From the NCBI GenBank assembly GCA_002269645.1, contig NIVC01000405.1:114720-178719 (forward strand): DNA of 64,000 nucleotides, given 5' to 3'. The notes under the pieces were generated by a model that saw only the letters and a program-made list of their open reading frames with translations, was not told where the DNA came from and made no database searches. The first letter of the stretch is position 1. Every line of letters begins with the position of its first letter. Position numbers and translations under genes: made by a program. The DNA is from Macrostomum lignano. Its lineage: Eukaryota. Positions 55,414 to 64,000 of this stretch are shown piece after piece.

Positions 55414-56109
55414 TAGTAATAGAGGCGTGACAAGTTAAAAGTACGGTTTAGTCTGCTTTTCATTTGATTTGTTCTTTACCGTAACACGATTAGTAAAATA
55501 AACAAAATTAACTTCTTCTTTAAGGCATTCGAATTTTATGTTTGGCTTTAAAAATAGCCCTAAAATTAATTGCCGTTTGCGAAAAGTGATGTTGTTTAAC
55601 TTGACATGAGTACAATGCTAAGACAACAATTAATTAGTTTCATTTGTACCGTGCTTAAAAGCGTAAGCTTAAAATCAATCAGAAAAACCGAAAATATTCG
55701 GAGGTTACTACTGTAGTAATAAAAGCTCGACAATAGCGATAATAATCAAATCAATAAGGTCCAAAGCTAGAAAGCCATTTTCATGCAGTTGAAAATTATT
55801 AAAAATTCGAAGGTTTTCTCTGTAGAGCATAAATTATGCGAGTAAATACACTTGTATGCTAGAAATAGGCAGAAAGCAGTGCTCTTATGTAGCTAAATGG
55901 AACGTGTATCATCAGTATCAGTATCAAAATGGGAAAATTCGAATAAATATTTGTGCGACTGTGCGTCTATCCGACGTAAAATAAAGTGCTATGTAGAGCC
56001 AAAATTATACAGATTTAAAAGCAAAAACTATGCAAAGTTGAAGCGAATGTTTTAAACACTGACATGACAAACGTCATTGATTTCTCAATTTCGTCGACTT
56101 TACTATGTT

Positions 56110-58919
56110 TCACACAGCATCAGGGGCGTTAGCTTCTTTATCCTTCCTAGCAGGTGGGACATCAGTAGTGATAGCAGCGGCCTGTGGCGCCTCTTCACCA
56201 GGTTTTCTATTTCTTGCTTGACTGCCTGTGACGCTAATGTACAGCCACTCGAACAGCTCTACAACAAAAGCGCAACTGAGACCCAGCGTGATGCTGCAGA
56301 CACCTCCAATCTGGCATACAAGGCTATAGAAATTCAGAGTCAATGTCTCCTTGCGCGTCTCCGTGGCGTCTCCTGTGGTGCGTCGAACTCGCAAGAATAC
56401 AAATTGATGATCTCCGCTTTCGTCCTTGTTCCCGGACCCTGCTCCGTGACCCTGCAGCTCTCCGGCCAGCTGAGCCCAGCGGCCTAGCGTGTCATCGTCT
56501 GGGGACACATCAGTCAGGTTGTCAATGTCCCGTCGAGTGAAATAATTCTTTAGCCTTCTAATGGTGGAACTCGCGTTTGTGGCATTCTTATTTAACTTAA
56601 TGCGCTCCATGTGTTGGTAGACTCTATTCCACAAGGCATGCTGTTGCACCATACGCAGCATTTGCCAGCGGCTAACTAGCCAGTCCGTCTGCGACACCGC
56701 GGCTCGGTATTCAATACGGCTGCAACGCTCGGGGCACTGGCTGCTTGCCGAGGATGCATCTGTCGCCAGCATTGGAATAATTCGCTCTGTAATTTGGCAC
56801 AGAAGACGCAATAAACTTAAAAATCTTATAGAAAAGAATCCTATTTCTAGTCTTATTGGGGCCTGGTTTGCTATTGTTGATTAGTTTCATTGGCTCATAC
56901 AGATTTTATTGAAACAGGTATAAACCATTTTCTAGCATTCAAATCCAAAGTCAAACATTTTCAAACTAACAATTTCAAATGCACTTCACTTAAGGTGCGT
57001 AATTAATTATACGAAACTAACTCTTAATCGCTTTTGCTAAGAAAAATATTAAGAATTTTTCTTTAGCCTCTTCATGTGTTGTCCCTGTTCAACGGAATTT
57101 GCTGGGCTAAAGTTAGTTTATAGTTCCCCTGAGTCCGTAGCTTCGTACAAGGTCCTCAGCCCAATGAGTGTGTTCCTCACCCAAGCAATCAAGTCGCTCA
57201 AATATACTGTCCACACCCTGCCGCAAGTCTCCGCAGTAGGGCACCTGACCTGGCCGCACTCGCCTCATCAGCCACGCTGGCAGGCAGCGGCAGTGCTCTT
57301 CTATTACCCTAGCCGCTGCCGATTCGACGCATTTTTCGTGACTATAATCCACTACTAAATCAAGGTCGCGCAGACGACCCCGCTTGTGCTCTCCGGCGTT
57401 ATTGATGCACGGACGCACCGGTGTGGCTGTTAGTTCGTGCCGAACTGCCTCGAATTTCAGCTGTGATTGACCGATTTTTTAATATAAAGTTGTTTTTTAT
57501 ATAAATGAGGTTAATATTAAATGATGTACGCAATACTAACAACTCAGAGGGAATGGTGCATACGCTCGTACCTCGTTTAGCTTGCCATTCTGTAGATACA
57601 CAGAGTGCCTTTTTATACTCGGGTATTGTCCGGCTTCGTGGACAGCGCCTAAGACGCCCCAGGCCTGCTCAAACACATCCTGGACAAACGCTGTATGCGG
57701 CCCGGTGTGCTGCGGCTGTTTGCCAATACTAATCACTACGGTTAACGAGTCCACACCGGTTGAATCGCCCTCGATGTTTAGAGTAAAACAGTTAAAATAG
57801 TCTGGATGACTCCACGTGCTGGTTGTCACTTTTGTACCGGATTCGAAGACGCAGTCGTATTGCTTTATGAATTGAGAGATAGTCACGGGACAAACATCGG
57901 ATCGTAAATGGTGTGAGTTGTTACTAACGCAAAAGCCACACGTTCGCTACGAACTCTAACGTCTAACTTGCGAGTATCTAAATCGGAGTACTTTTAATAC
58001 ACTATTTAAAGAGCATCATTGATAATTCTTATGTTCCTCTGAATCTTGCAAACTACTGCTCATTGCTCAGTGCTCACCCCAATGCAAGCTACGTTTCCCT
58101 GCACAGTCATCATAGCCATCAGTGCCTCGTCCATCTGGTATCCGAACTCTAGGGCCATGTCTGGGTCCAGACTTTGATAGTACATACTGCGCTTGTCGTA
58201 GTGGCTTAGAACGCTCGCCTTTGACAGCTCCGAGGCCTGTATCAGTTTGTCGACCTGCTGCCTTAAGCGACTACAATTGCAAAAAGGATTTCGGTAGCAT
58301 TGCGATGTCTACTTAAAATTATAAATTTCACTGCTTGAAAAGTAAAAAGTCGAATAGTAAATGGCATGTTTCTACAGCCATAGCTAGTTACTTATTCATC
58401 TTCCTTGGCGAAAACTCGGACATTTTGCTCTGCCAGAGTTGCCGAACTCTGTCAGGAAAAGGATGTAGCAGGCACAGTGTTGTGCTGGGAAACTCGGTCG
58501 GTGAGTTAGTGTGGATTGTCGACATTATGGTGGTTTCGTAGCGCAGGTATCTGATGTATGGGGTACAGGAATTATTAGTGATTATCGAATCCAAATTCTA
58601 CTACTATAGAAGCAGATTCGTCTTTATTACATTATTTCTTTTGCTGGGGCTCAATTATCGCTGCAATAAAGTGATAATTACGAAAAATGAAGGCTTAAAG
58701 GTACAAAGCCTACCTCTGCACCAGACTAGTCACCGCGGCCACCATAAACGCTAGCATGGTTAGTACAAATACTAGCCACACTACCATTAGCAGTGGCTTG
58801 TCAGTCTTTGTAAGCCGACCAACGCCACGAAGAGAGCTGGACTGACAGAAGCGGATTCCGCCACTTTTAACAGCCGCTGCAATCCTGCTTCCAGATTGCT
58901 TTTGCGCCTGCGAGTTCAT
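56110..58919 (-). CDS. DEG/ENaC/ASIC-family channel subunit, about 629 aa; exons complement(58714..58919, 58392..58550, 58078..58270, 57572..57946, 57181..57460, 56110..56786)
   Basis: FCQSSSLRGVGRL before TM1, FPSTTLCLLHPF (FPAVTxC-like), HPDYFNCFTLN, a Cys-rich thumb (CVES...CRCLP...YC...CL...CPERCSRIEY) and TM2 IGGVCSITLGLSCAFVVEL. Exons total 1890 nt in frame. The acceptor at 57946 is the least certain junction. Confidence 0.88.
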
Positions 58920-59655
58920 AGTCTCCACTGTCTCAAGCTGCTGCTGGACTGAGAAACAGAGCAAAAATGAAAGCTTCTGTTGGAGAGAACTAATGCGCTT
59001 GGCCTTTAATGCTGAAGTTTATAGTTTTGCTGTTTGCAAAACCCAGAGAAATGCGATTGGCGTTTGGATTAATTTGATTTTGCTTTAATTCTCGCGTTTT
59101 TAGTGACTAGAAATGCTCAGCGGAGTTAATTTCATTCAAATTAACACGGCGACCCTCGGTTCTATGCAAATTCAAAAAAATGATCTACGTACACCACGAA
59201 AATCCAACACCCTGCAGTCTTGTTTATGGCTGGATGAAAAGCAGAACCGTTTTGTGTGCGGTGGCGGTGTGATGTAGCTAGCAATTTCAAAATTTTTCTC
59301 ATAATGCGAATGCAGCCGCTGCTCTTCCTACTCTTCATCGGATACTCTGCTTTGAATCGCAATATTGCGCTTGTAGTCGCATATGGATATCTGATAAAAA
59401 TGATTGTTGGGTTTGCATTTGATGCACATGAACAACAAATTGTATGTCAAATGATTAGAACTATTAGGCAGAACTCACGAATCTCCTTAGAACGAATTAC
59501 TGTAGTAGGATGTTTGCTCTAATATATTTTTATGCAATTCAATACTAATAAATGATATCTTGTGTTAAGGAATATTTACCAAGTCCGATAAAGCGAACAT
59601 CTAATCGAACTCCGAGACCGTCTGTTCACATTAGCAATATGAAACCGCACCAATA

Positions 59656-60656
59656 TGAGGGGAAGTCAAAAAGTAATGATAATTTTATTCTCACGAGTGT
59701 CAAACTTAAAATTAGAATCTATTTTTCTACATAGTCCCCCTCCAGGGTCAGACACTTCTCCATGCGGTGTCGCCATCTCTCCAGGCCGTTCGCGTAGAAC
59801 TCAGGAGGCTGTGCAGCAAGTCACTGTACAGTAGCCTTTTTGGCAGCCTCCTGGTCCTCATGTTAGACTCCTTTGATTGCTTCCTTCAGCTTGGGAACCA
59901 AAAAAAGTCTTAAGGAGCCAAATCAGGGCTATATGGAGGATGCTAGAGGATTTCCCAGCGGAAATCTCGAAGGGGTTCACGGCAAAGCCGAGAAGTGTGG
60001 GCTGGTGCATTGTCGTGGTGAAAGAGAATCACATGGTGCAGCTTGCCAGGTCGCTTTTTGGCCAATTCGGAGTGGAGCTTTTGCAGAAGCGACTCATATT
60101 AGGTGGCATTGATGGTCTTCTGGCCTTCCAAGAAGTCCACCATCACCACTCCCTCAACATCCCAGAAGATGGTCGCCAAGACCTTCGCTGCAGACCCTTC
60201 CGCACGGAACTTCTTGGGGTCCGCTGAACCTTGTGCAACCACTCCTTGGATTGGACTTTGGATTCGGGATTATACTGAAATATTCATGTTTCAACCCCAG
60301 TCACTAAGCGTTGGTAAAAGTTTTCTAAAAGCCTAAATCCAGCAGTAAATGGTTGGATCTGGTGGAGCAGTGTCCATATAGACTTCTTCAAAGCGACAAT
60401 GATTTCGGCTGTCTTCCAACCAAGTTTTACAAGAAACTTCACCTTAGTGCGAGCTTCGATTTTTTAATTTTCCTTTGCTGAAAGGGTATACTGTTATTAG
60501 AGCGTCATCATGCAGAAATCGATCACTCTAGAAGAACCAAAACTCTGTCAAATTAAGAACAAAAGATGTTTTTTCAAACGAAACCAGTTGAATTTCAATA
60601 CCTCTTATATTTTAGGCGTTACAACAAAATTATCTTTACTTTTTTACTTCCCCTCG
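59656..60656 (-). mobile_element. Mariner (Tc1/mariner DD34D, irritans/Hsmar2-like TIR), internally deleted, 1001 bp
   Basis: 31-bp TIRs YGAGGGGAAGTCAAAAAGTAATGATAATTTT (28/31 match between ends), flanked by TA at 59654-55 and 60657-58; transposase remnant inside. Confidence 0.93.
59719..60470 (-). pseudogene. Mariner transposase pseudogene
   Basis: IEARTKVKFLVKLGW..., then a deletion near 60330, then LVTGVET*IFQYNPESKVQSKEW, KVLATIFWD, FHHDNAPAH, HPPYSPDLAP*DF and GDYVEK*. Multiple stops and frameshifts; the first catalytic Asp reads Val. Confidence 0.92.
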
Positions 60657-60658
60657 TA

Positions 60659-61088
60659 CTGGTTTTCAAAAAGTGCACAAATTCCAGAAGTCGCGTATTT
60701 ATCACGAGATCGGCAGCGCCTCATTATTGATCCCTACACTCTTGTCTCTTGAAACCGAATTCGTAGGACGGACTCATGCCCCTTAAAAGTCTGGCTCATT
60801 GTGTAGTATTCATAATATCTAAGATCTGAAATAGCTATTATACTCTTAGTGACGCGCTTTTTTGGACATGCCTTCGACATTTCATGTCATACGTTTGATT
60901 AATTCGCAACCCTAACCTGATTATTGGATGACCAGACGCTTTCGTTTGTCAGAGTTGTAGCCTAAAAGCATGTCAGTTGTATTTTTATTTGTCATTATGT
61001 GTATGCAGATAAATAATTGATTTTTTAAAAAGCTTCTTTATGCTCGTATTAGTGCACTTCCGGAATTTGTGCACTTTTTGATATGCAG
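60659..61088. mobile_element. Putative 430-bp MITE with 33-bp TIRs and TA flanks
   Basis: CTGGTTTTCAAAAAGTGCACAAATTCCAGAAGT (60659-60691) versus the reverse complement of 61056-61088, CTGCATATCAAAAAGTGCACAAATTCCGGAAGT: 29/33 identical. TA on both sides. Confidence 0.7.
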
Positions 61089-61090
61089 TA

Positions 61091-61176
61091 CGAGGGGAAG
61101 TCAAAAAGTAATGATAATTTTGCTGTAACGCCTAAAATATGAGGTATTGAAATGCAACTGGTTTCGTTAGAAAAAC
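61091..61176 (+). mobile_element. Solo 5'-end fragment (TIR plus approximately 55 bp) of the same mariner, in opposite orientation
   Basis: CGAGGGGAAGTCAAAAAGTAATGATAATTTTGCTGTAACGCCTAAAATAT...CAACTGGTTTCGTTAGAAAAA is the inverted copy of 60571-60656. Confidence 0.88.
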
Positions 61177-61473
61177 CAGTCGAATATTAGTGATACAGTT
61201 TTGTATAGTACCGTTTCATTCAATTTTTCTAATACTTTACTTGAAAAGGAAATGAACAAAGTAATATTTCTGCTTAAAAACGCTTTATGCAGCATGTACT
61301 TGTGCTGTTAAATACAATAACTTTTCAATATTAAGCGTGCCAAAACCTATTCGAAACACTTATCAATCATTGCTGTGTATGGATGTGTCAAATAACGCAT
61401 TATAATGAGCGTAATCAGTGAATCCAGGAAGATCCTTGAAAACGCAAGTTTGAAGTCAAGAAAACGAGTTAGA

Positions 61474-64000
61474 TTAATGAAATCTCTGCAGCTCCTGTAG
61501 CAAATCTTCATTTAGACGTTCTCGAATGGCGGCATCAACTTCGTCCTTGGCTTGTTGACCACCGCCCCCCTCATCTGCTGTGTCGAACTCAGAAGACGAA
61601 GACGACGACGTCACCGCCGATTTAACAACTCTCACCGGTGTCGGCTGTCGAACCTTAGGCAAAAGTGGCGAAGTCTTTGCCGAACCAACCATCGGAGATG
61701 TTGATGAAGGCGATGATGAGGACGAGGCCACAGAACAGCGGGGCAGTCGCGTCGTATTGGTGCTAAGAAGGGCCGCTGCGGTATGATCACTCGTAGCTGG
61801 TTGCGACCGCGCTGACCTTTTCTACGCTGGCGTAAAGATGAAGCTTCCGAGTTCGAATTCACAGATTGTGTGGGCGCAGGAGTAGGTGCTGTCGCCGATA
61901 CTTGATGCGGCAGCGACTCCGGTGGCTGCAGCGGTCCATCTGGCTCGTCGAATGCTACAATCTTGACTTTTTCTTTTCCGGTATCGGGCTTAGCTCTATT
62001 GCTTCCTTGAGAAATTTCATTACGCTGCTGAATAACTTGCGCATCATCGTGGGTTGTGATTTCTTCGTCGAATTCTTCCTCATCTTCATCGTCTTGATCG
62101 TCGAAGTCTGAATCCCAGCGTCTGGCGTGGCGTCCGCCGCCGCCGGTTCCGCTCGAGCTGTTAAGCGAGAACTCTGTCTCCCTTTGACTTATGTACTTTC
62201 CAAGAACTTTAGCGTCGTGGCGATTCACGCCCAGATTGGCGGACATGTTAAGGAAGTCGTTCATGTGCGACTGGTCGATGGGAACTCCAAGATCGAAGCT
62301 TCGTCTACGCTCGATGCACTCGGCTATGCACTTCTTGATGCGAGGCAGACAGTTAAGAGTGTTGTACTCCATCATGGAAGCGATGCGATCGAATTCCAGC
62401 GGAGAGTAGACAAAGTTGAATGTACTGTAGGGATTCTTTTCTCCACCAAAAATGTCAAAGTTTGCAAAGTTTAGCTCGTCTTGCAGAGTCCGACGAACGT
62501 CTGGAAAAGAAATAGTTTAATTAAGCTTGTTTCTATCGACAAACCGTAGAATCAAGTAGTGATTGGTATTTATAAAGTTAGGATTAACTTATTACTTGGG
62601 TTTTTAAACTCGCGGAATGATAAGTTGACCAGCACGAAGTGCATAATTATTGGCACTCGTGGATTCTCTTTGTCTCGAAAGATGTAAACCTCCTGCATGC
62701 CTTTCTTCTCGTATTTGTCTAGTGTGATGTGCGGAAATGGAACATTTCTGATCAGGGCCCATTTGTACGCCAGTAATAGCTCCTGAAGTGACGAAAAAGA
62801 TTATTTTGTACGAGTTTATAGGGCAAAGTTTTAAGTATCGAACTATAACTTAATTAACTGTATACTAATGCGCAAATAACCACATTGACCAAATAAATCG
62901 GACGATTCAAATACTTGTTACATCCGGGGGCGAAATCGCATGGTTCGTCTGCTATCCAAAGTATAATAGGTAGGTATGCAGGGGTATCAATCATCTTTGT
63001 AACTAATGAATACAACTCGTAATAAACTATTGTCTCACCTTAAAAGGCGGGTAATTGTCGTGCTTTCTACCGCTGAAGTCAAACGACAAAATGAGATCGA
63101 CGCCCCTCTGCTGTCTCAGCACTAGCGGGTAGGGCGAATTGAAGGCCAGACCAGCGTCGACTACGTGCATGTACTTGGAGAAGGAGTTCTGGTCCGTCTC
63201 AAACATTTCTAGGAAATCACCGTTGCCGGCAACTGCAAAAAATTTAGGTGTAGCTTTTTTAGAGATCTATTTGTCTTCGTAAATAAACAGAATGCAATCG
63301 TTAGATAGTGAAATAATTGGTGGCTCGTACTTATAAAGGAATTTAAGGTATTACTGCTAGTAACAACACAGTCACATACAGTAGCATAGTGTAGCTGAAA
63401 TGCTTCTTTTTGGAAACCAACCTTTCTTTAATCGGTAAACTCGTGCGGAAGCGGAACGTAAACTTGAATGAATATTTTGGTCACTGTGAGTAAAAGTCTA
63501 ACGCAGTTTGGCTCACCTGAAATCGGTGCATCTTCAAAGCGAAATCCAGCTTCACGAGGTCTTGTGGGAGTGAATGGCGCTATAGGATAGGCCTTGGTAA
63601 CAGTAAGACTGCGCATAAAGTTGTGCACCATGGCTGCCCTGCCCGACATGGTGTTGAGCAGTCGCAATCTGAAATTTTATAATTTTCTTTGATTCAGTAT
63701 CTATTAATATGTATCGAAATCAAAAGATCTTTTTCTGCAACCAAAGTACTGGCTCACTCCGAGAAAACGCTATTCCTCCATCGTTCCCACCAGCCTAGCG
63801 GTGAATTGTCCTCAGCAGTCAGTTGATCTAGCTTCTCCAAAATTCCTCGTTCCTCTTCGGAGTCGGAATCGTGCGACACAACTGAGGAGGCGTCGTCGTC
63901 TCCTGTGAATTGTGTACAAAAGATTCAAAGAAATAAAAATTAGTGACAGAAGGAGTTTCTATTTCCAGAGACCGACGATCAACAGCAAGACGCGCTCACC
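61474..64000 (-). CDS. PLA2G4A: Cytosolic phospholipase A2 (group IV), 5'-partial; exons complement(>64000, 63758..63902, 63517..63668, 63039..63232, 62596..62782, 61474..62500 with an apparent 1-nt deletion near 61820)
   Basis: GRAAMVHNFM, catalytic-Asp motif HVVDAGLAFNSPYPLVLRQQRGVDLILSFDFSGR, ELLLAYKWA...PIIMHFVLVN, and DIF...PYSTFNFVY...MEYNTLN parallel the cPLA2-alpha C-terminal domain. Splice phases are consistent. Confidence 0.93.

Noticed and set aside
58195-58260. Second tRNA/SINE head (GTAGTGGCTTAGAACGCTCG)
   Set aside because: No B box; it is the antisense strand of DEG/ENaC exon 3.
61810-61830. Programmed ribosomal frameshift in cPLA2
   Set aside because: There is no X-XXY-YYZ slippery heptamer (only four As), and similar 1-nt losses in ubinuclein point to homopolymer consensus errors.

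Overview
Eukaryotic, intron-rich genomic DNA: GC-rich exons, AT-rich introns and dense tandem repeats. The composition resembles the flatworm Macrostomum lignano, which is an unverified inference. Six spliced genes were reconstructed by hand: a tandem pair of SLC1 glutamate transporters (EAAT2-like, complete; a divergent paralog running off the left edge), an FBXW10/CDRT1-like F-box WD40 gene, a ubinuclein (HIRA complex), a divergent DEG/ENaC channel and the 3' part of cytosolic phospholipase A2. Mobile DNA comprises a decayed mariner, two MITE-like elements and a tRNA-derived CORE-like SINE. There are about 20 tandem arrays. Most notable: many long introns are filled nearly edge to edge by their own private minisatellite, often with hairpin-bearing monomers; a sharply bounded 3.4-kb CpG desert lies upstream of ubinuclein; a mariner-MITE-mariner junction shares TA dinucleotides; the DEG/ENaC has altered gating and pore motifs; and single-base frameshifts in ubinuclein and cPLA2 are probably assembly errors. 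All coordinates and counts were read by eye, with no database searches.
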